NCBI GenBank assembly: GCA_000165425.1
Contig: CT868274.1
Location: forward strand, 1 to 64,000
Source: Paramecium tetraurelia
Taxonomy: Eukaryota
Direction: 5' to 3'
Length of the DNA: 64,000 nucleotides
The notes beneath the pieces are model-generated. The model was not told the DNA's origin. It worked only from the letters and a program-made list of their open reading frames with translations, and did no database searches. Shown here piece after piece: positions 13,806 to 27,252 of the stretch; position 1 is the stretch's first letter, and the number at the start of each line of letters is the position of its first letter. The position numbers were made by a program, and so were the translations under genes.

Positions 13806-14451
13806 GAGCAGGCACCTTCACCTAGTTAGCGAGCAATAAAAAGCGAGCTGGGTATGAAGGTCTTTCTGTAGGGACTGGGATTCGTTGCCTTCTCGTGTAA
13901 CCAGTTTAGTCTTCCTTAGCTCGACCATATTACTGCATCATATAGAGAAAGTTTTAGGCAGTCTTAACCAAACCCATTTTGTTTCCAGGAGATCAGAGGG
14001 ACTCGCTTCGGAGACCCGCCGTGCTAAAATTATGTGCAGTAGCAGGGCTAAGCGATCGATCAGCCAGGGTCTATTTTGGTGTTCAGAAATGTTTTGACAA
14101 AACAGAGTTAACTTAGAGTGATAAGTCCCTGATTAGGGTTTGGATTACATACCTTAACTTGAGGAATCAGTTTATTTGACATTATAGTGTCAACTTTTAT
14201 TCTCACCAAGTAACAGATTATAATCAAGCATCAAAAAATTGGTAGTTATGGATGTATGAGCTTAAAAGTTAGGATAAGCCTGATCAACGCATCATCATTT
14301 TTGTGGAGATTTTAACTCAAAATGCGAATACTTTCACATGTCAGATCATGCGTTAATAAGCTCAGAAGTAGCATTTAAATAACTAGCAACAAGAAGATTT
14401 ATTAGATCATGCTAAAAGTTGATTGGTTTTGTGGCATGTAGTTTTTCTTGA
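13806..14451 (+). mobile_element. Decayed APE-type (EEP) endonuclease domain, probable non-LTR retrotransposon relic
   Basis: From ATG 13854: ..VAFSCNQFSL..(30 aa N to E)..PFCFQEIRG..GSILV; later VNFYSH..PDQRIII/(frameshift)CGDFNSK (14302-14322) and SDHALI (14341-14358); visibly GC-richer than its flanks. Confidence 0.7.
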
Positions 14452-14529
14452 CGATTTATGAATTTTTATTCTAATCAAAATTTTTAATTCATTATTTATT
14501 ATCTATTGAGACATCAACATTAAATTCAT

Positions 14530-16833
14530 AATAATGAATGAAAAAAAAAGGAAATAGAATATGACCTTTGCTTTGGTTAAACAAGAATTTTCTTTGATTT
14601 TGCTAACTTCTGTTATTTAAAAATTTAAATTTCTAAAATTAAATAATTATGCTCTTTTTTCAATCCATTTTTAGAAATTAAATTTTTACATATAATTTTA
14701 GCTTTCATATATTTTTCTTTCTCTAATTTCAATGTTGATGAATTTAATTTTTCATCCATCAGCTTCCTTAAGGATTTATCAATTTTTACATCTTCGAAAA
14801 TTTTCTTAATTTTCAACATTTAAAATTTGGAAGGAGAAACCTCAATGAATAATTTTCCTAATTCCTTCCCAATCAACTCGATTTCTTTTCCTTCATCTTC
14901 AATCAGTTTTTGATTTATAGTCTATTTAAATAGTAGGGATTTTATTATTCCTTTTTACTTTGATAACCTAAATTCAAAGTCTATATCTGTGATTTCCAAA
15001 TTTTATAATTCAGTAAGTAAAACGTTTAAATTAACTTTATTTCTCATATTTCTTTTTGGAAAATCTTCAATTACACTGAGCAAAAACTCATCAAGATTTA
15101 TAAATTCTGACAACTTCCTCAATTCCTCTTGTTTGGCTTTTTCTAATATCATTAAAAAAGACTTCTTCGAAGCAGCCAATTTTAATTTTAGCTTCAGTGT
15201 TTTCTACATTAAGTTTTCTAGAAATTTAAGTAAATGCTTATCTGCAAAGGCTTACTTAATTTTTTTAAGGAAATGCCTCAATTTAATACATTATGATCAT
15301 TACTTCCTTAATGCGTAAATTGAACTCTGAAAAAGTGTCTTAAATTTCATTACACTTGCTTTCATAATATTCGCATAGATTATTTAATAAATTCTAATAA
15401 TATTGCAATAAGTTATTTTGAAGCAAATTTATTTTACAAATTGTAAATTTCTTTCTGATAAATCTCTATCAACTTTTAAACTTCCCCCAAAATTTTGCTT
15501 TTATTTGAAGGATACTCAAGAAATGATAATTTATATTTTGAAATCAATAACTTTTAACTCTTCAAAAATTAAATTTCTCCAATCCTAAATATCATCATTT
15601 TCATCATTAACATTTTGATGTCTTTCATCTTCAAGAATATCCCATTCTATAATCTCCTTTATACTCAAAGTTTATTAAATTTCTCAAAATAATTATTTTT
15701 ATTTCTCTATTTCATTTTACCTTAATTAAGACTCGTAATTTTTATGATATCCTATAGATTTTAGAAATACTCTACTAATTTTTATATAATTTTTTTTATT
15801 CTTTGTTATGAAATTTTTAATGTTGTACTATCATTATATTGCTTTTCTTTCAAATTGTTCAAAATTTTTAGTACTTCTTCTAATTTCTCATCATTTTATT
15901 TTGTTAAAGTAAGTAACTTATTGGAAATCATAAACCTTAGAAACCTGTTGATATTATTAATTGCAAATTTAATTTCATTTAACTATTTTAAATATGATCC
16001 AAATGTATATTGATTATTTTAATATTGTTCGTTTATGAGTAATCTTTAAGTAATAAGAAGATTTCCCATTCTTTGAAACAGGTTTCTAATATTTTTCTAT
16101 TAATTTAACTTAATTAATTATTTTAATGCTAATTAAGTTAGATGACTGCTTAATCATATTATAATTCATTTAAATAATTATCCTTTTCTCTAATATTCTT
16201 TCCAAATTTAATCTGCCTTTAATCCAAATTTGAAAGTATCTATCAACTGAGATAATTTCCTTTTTGTTAATAGAGGATTATATTATAAGATTTTTCCAAT
16301 CATTTACACCCAAAAATAATGATATATCCATAAATTTGAATTTTTAAAATTTATCATGTATTTCTTCAACTTGTATAAGTATTTCGTCTAGATTTTACAA
16401 TTTGTCGTTCTTAAAATAACTTATTATCTCCCATTGCAAAAATATCTATTTAAAAATAAACTTCAAATTATTTTCTATTGTGGCTTACAAAATGCAATTT
16501 GTATAGATGACATGCTCCCTCGAACAATGATTCAAGCAATTCTTCATTTGGTTTCATTTAAATTATCAAACCAATAATACCACTTAAATCCTTTTAAGAT
16601 TTCTTCCCTTTCATTACTATTATTAGGTGCGACCTCGAAAGAATATTTTGTTAAATATAAGATAGAGTTCCATTTAGTTTTTAATCAAATCATTATTCTC
16701 TATTTCCATATGTTTTCTTAGTTCATCAGAGATGAAATATAAAGGTCTTAATTATCCGACTATGAGATTCCTGATTATATTGGGTTTGTTAATACACAAC
16801 CACCTCCGCGCAAATGGATTATTTTTAAGACAT
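14530..16833 (-). pseudogene. Disrupted large helical/coiled-coil protein beginning with LRGG-GC (resembles the N-terminal half of Paramecium NACHT-WD40 proteins)
   Basis: MSQKQS/(frameshift)HLRGGGCVLTNP near 16800-16830, then KTKWNSILYLTKYSFEVAPNNSNEREEILKGFKWYY after a further frame change; no intact P-loop seen; 3' end approximate. Confidence 0.5.
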
Positions 16834-17309
16834 TTTAGACAATTTAATTTTAAATAATAAATCCAAGTTGTATTAAATTTATTAATAAACTTAAAGTTAC
16901 TTAAAATATAATATAATTATTTTTTTTGACCAAATTTTTATCTTATTGCCTTCTTTTAACTATTTTTATAAATAATGTTATTTCTTATTTTATTTTATTT
17001 TCATCTCTGTTTACCTGTTTATTGCTATTAAATCATTATTTCAAAAAGTCTTCCTATTGATAAGATTTTCTCCTCTTTGTTTCATCATCTAAGGAAAGAG
17101 GAAAGGCCGTTTACTTTTTGGTTGGATGATTAAATAACATTTTTTTTTCATTTAACCTTGATAGTTTGGAAGATTAATCTGCAAAAAAATAAGTAATAAA
17201 TTCAAATATGTTTATGAAAATTCAAAACTTGAAAAGCTCTTCTTAATTAATTAAATTAATATGAGTGAAGTATTATGTGTAAGGAATGTTTTTTAATTAT
17301 GCAATGCTA

Positions 17310-17600
17310 TAGCGCTCTGATTGATCTTTTAGGGGTGGTTATTTTCATATGAAATTGGTTGAATATTAAATTATACTTTTATTCGATTTTATTTAGATGG
17401 TGATAACTTCATCATTACAAAATCAACTTCTAAGTATTGAATATTAGAAAATAGATTAATAAATATAATTAAAATTCTCACGGAAAATATATATTATATT
17501 GTTAGAGTTTTTGTAAGTGTAAAAGTGTGATATGTAAAAGGGTATTTGATAATTATTTTTGATATTTGCTCTTAGGCTTTAAACTTAGGATCTATTGAAC
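17310..17600 (+). pseudogene. Possible ubiquitin-conjugating enzyme (E2) relic
   Basis: Fragments SFRGGYFHMKL (17325-17357), NSHGK (17473), DLLN (17589) in E2-like order and spacing; stops and frameshifts between them. Confidence 0.25.
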
Positions 17601-18526
17601 TAAAAAAAATCATAACAAACAAATATAAAAATGTTTCACTATCTAACATATATATCAATATTAAATTATATTATACATCGTTAGAATTTAATGATATTTA
17701 ACCACTTTTAACATTCATTTTATTACAATGCACAATGTAATTAATTAATTTATTATTAAATAAATAATAGATTTTAATTTCTATGATCACATTAAAAGAA
17801 ATTGATTACATTTCATGAATATAGTGAAGATGAAAAAATAAGGATCAAGAAGAATTTTCTTTAACTATTTTTGGTGACTAGAGGAAATCAAGAAACCTGA
17901 AGAAAAATAATTGAAGATATTTTTGAGATCATAAGGCAGGATAATAGATTGTATAATTAATTCACACTGATCAATATAAAGGAATCATTATCGAACATAT
18001 TAGCTGAAATTCAAAACCAGCTAATTTAAATATCGAAGTACTTCTAACAAATAAAATTTTTTTATAACTGTAAAGAAAATTTATGTCAAATATCTTTAGC
18101 AAATTCTACTTATGTAGAACGAAGGAAATTAATGAAACAGTCTTAATTTATTGCTAGTATTCTAATTGGAAAGATGATTATTACAATCATTATCTCACAA
18201 AGCATAGAAAGCACAATTTGAATTAAAGAGTGCTTAAATTAGTTTTTACAGTTTTCTGAGTTCCATGAGTAATGTATTTTAAGGGTTTTTGTACAAAACA
18301 AGAAATATTGATAACTAAATTTTCAAGAATCATTATTCTTATAGATTAAAAACAGTGCATCAATTACCCCTCCTTAATAAGCAATTAATCAAAACAATCG
18401 TCAGTTATTATTTTCAATGAGGAATATAATTAATGTTTAATAAGGTTATTTTATTAAATTCTGCGATTAACATTGATAATCAGATTAGTCAATCATGATC
18501 AAATAAATGTTATCTTTATTTATTTA

Positions 18527-19735
18527 ATGAATAAGTATGTTATTTTTATATTTAAATCTCCCGTAACATTGGCTGGTGACCCAATAAATGGTTAGTGTTG
18601 CATAAGAATAACTCAGGAGCTTCCAAAATGTGTTATAAACCTATCATTTTATGCTAAGCAATACTCAAAGTTAATTTAGAAAAGAAAGGTATGCTAAATA
18701 AATGACAAATTGAGCTTCCTAATGTAAATCCCAATTCGATACAAGATAAATAAGTAGAGAAAATTGAAAGAATTTAAGTCTCTATGGATTCACCACAAAA
18801 AAACCAAAAATAAAAAAAATACGAACTTAATGGAAATGTGATTCATAAAATTATAAGATAATATGGAGTACAAAGAGTCTTGGTGAGTTCCTTAGAGTTA
18901 TTTAAGGGATAAGTAAATATAGGAGATTATAAATTTTTCTTTTCAATTCCAACTAACGAGAGCATGTAATCAAGTTTCTTCTACACAAGTTAAGATGGTA
19001 ATCATTTTAAAATACGAAATAAGGATTAAAATCTGGAAAATGCAGCTATAAAATTACACTTCAGATTCAAAATCCTGATGAGAGTCTCATTATTCTAAAG
19101 GAAAGTGCAGAAGTAAATATTAATGCAAGAGTGTAATCTAGTATTGAAATTCAAAGATAAAGTGATGCCAATATTATATCATATTTTTGCTTGAGTGGAG
19201 GGATAGTCGATTTAAAAATATAATTAAATAAGTCTAATTTTACGCCAGGAGAGCTAGCAATAATTTAATATCATCTTGACAATACATTTTCTTCAAAACC
19301 TGTAACAAGGGTTGAAATAAGACTGATTAACAAATTAATTTTCATTGATGATGATTAAATAGACAGAGTAATTTTGAACTAAGTAGTTTTCTCTAAAATC
19401 CTTCCAGGGGCAAATTAAGGAGAAAGATTAGAAGCTTAAATTGCAAAGTTTGAAATTCCAAAAAATTTAAAAGCATCTGTAAAAAATTAAACGATTTTAA
19501 ATTAATATTTGCTGCAAATAGAGGCTATTATAGTATTTAATTCAAGAATATAAATTAGGACCAACTTTTCATTAAATTGTCAAATCCAATCCTTTGCCAA
19601 ATACCCATCAACATTTAAGAATCTCGGTTTTAATAAGTTGTTAATCTAGATGGTTGGAATTTTGTTCCAATTTTAAATGCAAGTGTTAATGCATTTTCTA
19701 CTCTAACTGTCCAGTAATCGTTTATTCCAACATGA
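18527..19735 (+). CDS. Arrestin-fold (alpha-arrestin-like) protein
   Basis: MNKYVIFIFKSPVTLAGDPINGQCCIRI..; GDYKFFFSIPTNESMQSSFFYTS (arrestin-N motif); NFTPGE..IDNTFSSKPVTRVEIRL (arrestin-C); short introns; TGA 19733-19735. Confidence 0.75.
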
Positions 19736-22700
19736 ATAATTTATTAAATTCATATAAATAATTGGACAAAATTAAATTACTATATGTTGATAATCATCAT
19801 CGTAGGCTCATTATTTGAGACAATTGTGTTGACTATAATTTTATGGAACCATTCTCTTGGAATAACTTAAGATAAAGTAAGTTTAATCAGAGAAATTATA
19901 GAAAATATTTAAACTTCAGTAATAAGCAATGATGAAGGACAAAAATGTACCTACTTATACTATCAATAATAGTTATTATTCGATTATCTAAAAAAATAAA
20001 AATGACTTTCTTTAAATGGTGGATTCACTTGCCAAAGGTTAAAGCAAAATTGTTTCATCTAACACTATTTCCTAATTATTTAGAAAAATTATGAAATTGC
20101 ACCTTTTTAACGATATCAATTTTTCACTTTGTTGGATTCGAAGAGTACCTAATTATTAAATTAAAGATTTAGATTTCTTGATGTATTTATCAAAGTGATG
20201 TAGCTGAAAATTCATTAGTATACCTTGCATAACAATTCAAAATCTTAAATTGCCATAAGGATATATCTCAAGTTTGACATTTATATTAGGAAAATAATAG
20301 CAAATAAACAAGTTAGTTATATTTAAATATTTAGCAGATGTTCAAACTGAAATAACTTTCAACAAAATTCTTCTTAATAAATGTCTTAATTTATATGATT
20401 TAGTAATATTTACATTGAGTTTTCAAAGTAGGTGAAGTTCAAAATACTTATATTTTAAAATATAATAGCCAACATTTCTAGTCATTCCTGTTAAAATTCT
20501 TCATAATCTTAAATACCTATGTCTTTTTTTACAATTAATATTTTCACTCAACCAAATCACCAATTACATTTATTTTTTAATTAGGGACTTCCATTTAAGC
20601 CTTAACTTTAATTGAAAAAAACTAAATTATTGAATATCAATCTTTATTTCTACTTAAGATAAAATTATTAAAAAATAATAAAAATTAATATAAATATTAC
20701 ATCATCTATTTTGAATATTCATAAACCAAAAAGGATATAATAAGATTTCAAAATTAAAGCATATTGTGTTTGTAAAATTATTTCTCTATTTTTCAAGTTA
20801 ATTTTAATATTATGATATAAGCATTAAATATTTTATAAACACTAATAATTTATGTATATAGAATAAATTTTAATGAAATTTTAATATTTTTATAAATTTT
20901 TGGCTTTAAAATAACATATTAAAGTATGAAAAAGCGATTATCAAAAGAACTTCAATCAAAAATTAGTTTAAATTATTTTTATACTGGAAAATAATCTATA
21001 AATTAGAAAAGATCATATTATTGGATAGTAAAATGTGAAATGACATTTAATTCCATAAACTAATAGTTTGTTCCTTTTTAAAAATGAATTAGAGAATACT
21101 AAATTTAATAAAGGGATTTATTTGAATTTCAAAATATCTTTATAAATTTTACCATTCACCACATTCAGTTTAAGCCTTTAGCAATTCTATTTATCATAAA
21201 ATCTACAATAGGTTTCTTCTTTCCTTATATCTTATATGATTATAGTTTTCAATTCGAATATTGCTGCTTATATTAAAGTCATTGAATCGGGTTAGGTAAT
21301 TAAAAAAATAGATATATTATTTCTAATGAAAGATCATAGCAATAAAATATAAACAATTATTTTTGCTTGAGTCATAGAATTTTCAAAAAAGTTTATACAT
21401 GTATAATATCATTCTCAGATTGCTTAAGAATTTAGAAAATTTAAGTGATTACTCACTTTGAAATATTATTAAAGACGCTGAACCTTTCTCTTTTATAAAA
21501 TGAAACAACAAAACATGACTGAAATTCAAACACTATGATTCAATTTAAATCATCAGAATGAAAGTAAAAAAAAAGAGTTGTTTCCTAAAATGATGAGGAA
21601 AGCTTACAAGATCTTTTGAGATTGCTACTGCTTAAAATTTCAAAAAATCTTGAACCTAATTATTCCTTAAGAAAAAAGTACACCTTTAAATCGTCATCAG
21701 GTAAGAAAAAATAGGTTTTTTAATAAATCATCTGTTCCATATAAATTATTATAAACTAAGACTTTTTCTAATATTAAACAAGAATCAAATATCAAAACTG
21801 TTATATCTTATAAATATACTATCATCCTTTAGATTTTAATTGTGTATCTAATAATCAAAGGGTACTTGCGGACTTAAAAGAAAGGAATAAAAAATTGAAA
21901 TTAATAAGAACAATCAGGTTATTTAGCTATTGATTCATATAAATAATTGATAGAAAATTATTAAGACTTAAAAAATATTTATTTTTCTATTAATTTGTTA
22001 TTAACATGAATAATCTAGTGATTTCTTTTTAGCAATAATACAGGTTATTATTTTGCATTTATTCAATATTATCTAATAAAATGACTTGAATTAAAAGCAA
22101 GATTAGACATCAAATCGCTTCAATATATTCTACACAATTTCTAATACTCTTTCCTTTTTCATGATACATGATTATTAAAATATAATTCGGATTTGTTCTA
22201 TTGGTTTCAATTTTATTGTTTACATTCCTTAATGATAAATTATAAAATTCATTTGATATTATTTAATTATTGATTGATCGAAAATTAGATTCCGACCTTA
22301 GATAATATTAATTATTTAATTAAATTTCAGATATGGTCATTTACAATAAAATAGTTTCTGAATGTTATTTTAGAAATGATGCAATGACCAATAATTTTTT
22401 CCATTAAATAAAGTGGTTATCATTCCTACATGATAATAAACAAATAACAAAATGATTGTATTTTGCAATCCTTAATTTTTTGAATTTATTATTTGAAGAA
22501 TTAAAACAAATGGGTTTAAGCCTATTTTTTAATAATAAATTAAAGAATATTGCCAGAAATCCTAAATAAAGTTCCAGAAGGATTAATAACAATTTGATTT
22601 TCTTATTATTAAAATTAATGAAAGACTAAGATAAATATTTTTGAGACAACGACCTTTTAAAAAAGAGATTCCAAAATGCAAAATAAGATTTATACAGTGA

Positions 22701-22993
22701 ATTTTATATGAAGAATCACATTTGTTATTTAAGAGAGAATTAGCAATGAAAATATTGAAAAAATAAAGAATGATAAAAAAAAAGTTATAATCCATTAATA
22801 AATATGCAAATTCATTTGAAATTTCTTAATTGATGAAAAGAAGTTTCTTATCTTTGATAAATTTTCATGTTATTCTACTTTTATATCAATCAGAATACTT
22901 TACTTTTCATTAAATTTATAAACAGAAATTGCTCAACTGAATGATTATCATCTAAGATGATAAAATACTCAGAAATTATTATTTATAAATTTT

Positions 22994-24672
22994 ATGGCAT
23001 TTTTATTTGAAGAAGATCGTGGGTTAACATAAATCAAGGATCCTTATCCTCACTTAGGACCAGGAGTCTACTAATAACCCGAAGCTCATCCAAGAGTAGC
23101 ATATGCTCCTTTTCTTTCAACTGGGAAAAGGCAAACGGAACTTACAAATAAATTGAAGATTCTGAATCCAGGACCAGGTTAATATGAAGTATCATAAAAC
23201 ATGGGAGATTCTGGGGTTTAGGCATATATGAATAAAAGCACAATCATAGTAAAAGTTTAAGGGAATGGAAGCAGTGCTTTTAAAAGTGGGATTGGAAGGT
23301 TTTAGGAAGATAAAAAAGTTAAAGAAGTATTGTCTAGTTGTTATATTAGATACCTGGGCCTGGTTATTATGAAATCTAATAAGTCAACACACAATAAAAG
23401 CAGCCGTTGTTTTTGAATTAAAAGATAGATGATATTAGAAGCTAAAACCTTAGAAGAAGAATAAATTCAATTCCTGAACCAAAAGGTTAAATAGGAATGA
23501 TTTATGAAGACATAGAAACTTTAGCTGAGCATCAAAAGGTTATGAAAGAGGAAAAGCAATAAAAAGTAGTATGTCCAACAACCTATGATGTTTTATAACA
23601 AAAACAATACAGAGGATTATCTTGGGATAAGAGTACTAGGCCAAGATTTGATTAAGAGTAAACAAACGAAATTGGCCCAGGGAAATATAATATTATTGAG
23701 GAGAAAAAAAAAAGAAACGGATCTCCTGCTTTCCTTTCTGAATCTGTTAGATCTTATTATGATTAATTGATTTACAAGACTAATAGGGAGATTAATGCAG
23801 GATTAAGAAAGCAAATAAATTACAAAGACTAATATTCACCAGGACCTGGATAATATAATGAAAATAGAGTAGCAATTAAAATTCAATAAAAAGCAAAGGA
23901 GTTTCAGTTCTTTGGATCCTCTTTGGAGAGATTTAAATTAGTTTAGGATAGTAGTGTAGGTCCTGGAGACTATAGGGTTTTAGATTCATCTTTTGATTAA
24001 CAAATTCGGAAAAAGAACTATACTAATGCAACATTTCTAAGTACATCCATAAAAGGATAACCAATGATATTGGAAGAGCAACAACCTGGACCTGGTGCTT
24101 ATGAAATTTAAAGAGACTTATATACAGACTTAGTTAGAAAGTAAGATAGAGGCCTTAATGGATATTTTGGAGGAAAAGAAAGACGATTCCAAGAAAAAAT
24201 CTCGGTTTGTCAAGCAGGACCTGGAAGCTATGATGTTACAAAAGGTGAAAAGAAAAGGGCTGTTAGCTCATGTTTTAAGTCATCATCAAAAAGAGATTAT
24301 GTAAATAAAAGTTTTGGGCCAGATATTGGACAATATAGATTAGATTAAGATAGCATTGGAAATAGAGTATAAAAATAAATGAAGTTTATCCAAAATTTAT
24401 AAAAAATAGATGTACTAAAACCAGGGTTTTAATGCGGAGAACAAAGATTTAAAGAGAATGCAGATATTTAAAGTGTTCCAACCAGTTATAACTTCTAGGC
24501 TCCTCCTGCAAGTTAAAAATAAATTACTGCTCCATTTAAGTCACAATAACCCAGGCTTGCATATATTGGTAGATAATTTACTCCAGGAGTTGGAAAATAT
24601 TAAGTAGAGGCCAACAATTGGAAAATTAATAGCTTTAACACTCATTATAATAAGGTCTTACAAGAATCTTGA
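22994..24672 (+). CDS. Sperm-tail PG-rich (SHIPPO/ODF3/STPG-like) repeat protein, likely ciliary/cytoskeletal
   Basis: Repeated PGPGxY motifs (LGPGVY, PGPGQY, PGPGYY, PGPGAY, AGPGSY, PGVGKY); 23-nt intron 23327-23349; TGA 24670-24672. Confidence 0.9.
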
Positions 24673-24729
24673 TTTTCTATTAACACTATGTATCATCTTT
24701 ATTAAATATTTTAAATATGCATAAATATT

Positions 24730-26621
24730 TCATTTTTTAGTTCTTTTGTAAATTAATAATTCTTTATCATTTTATGGTTATTTAAATGTAAGTAATTCGT
24801 TTATGGAAATAGATATTGCATTATCATTAGAGATTTACACCCAATTATTATTTTTGCATAACGTTATTGAGTATGTAGGTTATCCATCTAAACCATCGCT
24901 ACAATGAACAATTGATATCAACGAATACTCAAAATCTTAGGAATTTTAATTTAAACAACTTGATGGTAACTTAAATGATATTTTAACGTCTGCCTTTTAT
25001 AAGGATAATTCACAAACATTAAGTATTAAGTATTATGGAAAAATCAAGAAATTAAAATCTCCTTCATTATTATCAATTACATTTTCTTATCCTTCAAATT
25101 TAATTAACCCTTGCAAATATGTAAAAAATTCAATTCCTGGCTATATTATGGCGTCAAAATATCGAATGTGTTTTATACTATTAATTAATGGTACCTCATT
25201 TTATTGAACTAATAAAATTAGAATTAATTTTACTTTCTAAATCCATTGGAAAAACTCTTTATAAAAAGAAAAATTGATCATATATAGGAGAATCTTAGGT
25301 TTGTATAATTGATGCTATTTAAGATTTTTAATCATCCTGTTTTATTATTGCTTTTGAGAGATGATCGATTATCTAAAATAAGAAATCATTGGCTCTATTA
25401 TCATTTTATAATTCAATTCTTAACAATTCTTACAATTAAATCGCTGTTTATGGAGAAAATTGCTCTGCTTCTTTTCGAATATATGTGATGAACTTGAGAA
25501 TTATTGAACTTACTTTATCTGTAACAGTTAATACAGCTGAAAAAGGTGTTATTGCTTCTAATAAATGCATAACAGCATTAAAGTGAGATTAAACTCCTTT
25601 GATTTCTGGCAGAATCCGGATTCCAAAAGGTTCTAATGTTTTTTGAATTTATTTTTGATTCTATTATTTTAGTTACTCAATGCGTTTTTATAGGATTTTA
25701 TTTTCATCATTCGCCTTTTGCAATTAAGTTGATTACTATTTAATTTTAGTATCCAATTATCCAATTTAATTTTCTAAGTCATTTTATTTACCTAAATTTA
25801 ATTGCTAATCAATATAATTTGATTATATACGTCTTGAAGTTATGAAATATATTCTTCTAAAGATCTATTTTCTGTTTGCAATTTCTAGACTTCCTCTCTC
25901 TTCTTTTCTAACTCTCTTGTATCTTAAATTAGAAAATCCTTGCCTTTCAATTATTCTTTTAAATTTTAAACTTCTTGCATTAATTCTATGTTCATGCTTT
26001 TTAATCTCATATTTTCTTCTTCTAGTTGCTTAACATCAAAAGGTTTATTTTGTATTTAATTTTTTTTTACATTTTGGATCATTTCTGAGTGTCTCTTTTA
26101 GTCTTCTTAACGCTTTTCTTCTAATCGTTAAACTTCCTTTTATAATTTTTTGATCGTTTAATTTTTATTTTTTAACTCCTCAGCGGCTCTCTAAAAATGT
26201 TAGGTATCTATTCTTTCTTTTTGCTGTTTCCTTTACATACAATCTAATTGCATCTTAAGCATGTTAACTTCATTTTTAAGTTACATGTTTTCTGATCTGT
26301 AATCACTACTCTAATAATTTTCAATTTCATTGTATTCAGAAATAATCTCTTTTAATTATTACTATGCCCATTGCAAATTTTGAGGAGTAGAATTCTTCTT
26401 CTTTTTAAAATTATGCCAAAGTTCTTATAGTCGATCAAAGTACAATTATATATTAGGACTTTCTTAATCCCATGTCTCCATATTTTTGAAATATGTTTTA
26501 AGTTCTGAAATTTAATAAAGTTATTACCTACTAAACAAGATTCAATCTATGGCTCAAATTGACTATGCGGGTTCGAAAAGAAACTCTGCATTTTCATCAA
26601 ACACTCATATATTTACTCCAT
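24730..26621 (-). CDS. Coiled-coil protein with a C-terminal USP-like fold lacking catalytic Cys/His (pseudo-deubiquitinase)
   Basis: GIRILPEIKGVQSHFNAVMHLL (Cys-box-like, C->S), RANDFLFQIIDHL, SPIYDQF, YSLISIVHCSDGLDGQPTYSITL..WVQISND..ELLIYKR* (His-box-like without GHY); central E/K/Q/R-rich coiled coil. Confidence 0.75.
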
Positions 26622-27252
26622 TATAATATTAATTCAAAAATAAAATAATCAAATACGTTTAAAAATGCTTATAAATATTGAGGAATAAAATATGAAATGA
26701 TATTATGGTAGATTAAGTAGCGAGTCAATTATGTAATAGTATAAGTAAATAAATTAAGCATCATTGGGTAACTCTTAATTTATCAGTATGATTCAAAATA
26801 AAATTTAATAATATAAAAATGAATTTCCAAGAAATTTTAATCATTCTGTTAACGAACAAAGAGGGGAAGGAATTTAAGAATTCAAAAGAAATAAATAGTT
26901 ATAATAAAAGACTTTGAATCATTATTATAGATAATAATTTATAGATTTCAAATATTTTAATTTTTTGGTAAAATTTAATAAAACAAGCATCAATCAGATT
27001 TCATAATTACAAATTTTATGATATTATTACACACTATCAATTATATAAGTATTATTACTGTTATAATGTTGGTGATCTTATTTCCTTTTCGTAATTATTT
27101 CATTAAGAGTGTATAAATAATATTAAAAGAAAATATTCAATAAGATCTTTTATAACATAGTTATTGATTTGTGACGGATTATTATTATGAAGATACAAAT
27201 AAAATTTGATAAGGAAATTCGTTTCCTATCTTTTATTAATATAAATAAAAAA

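Noticed and set aside
13885..14097. 70-aa track ORF MPSRVTSLVFL..
   Set aside because: Starts at TTG in an alternative frame; the endonuclease motifs lie in another frame
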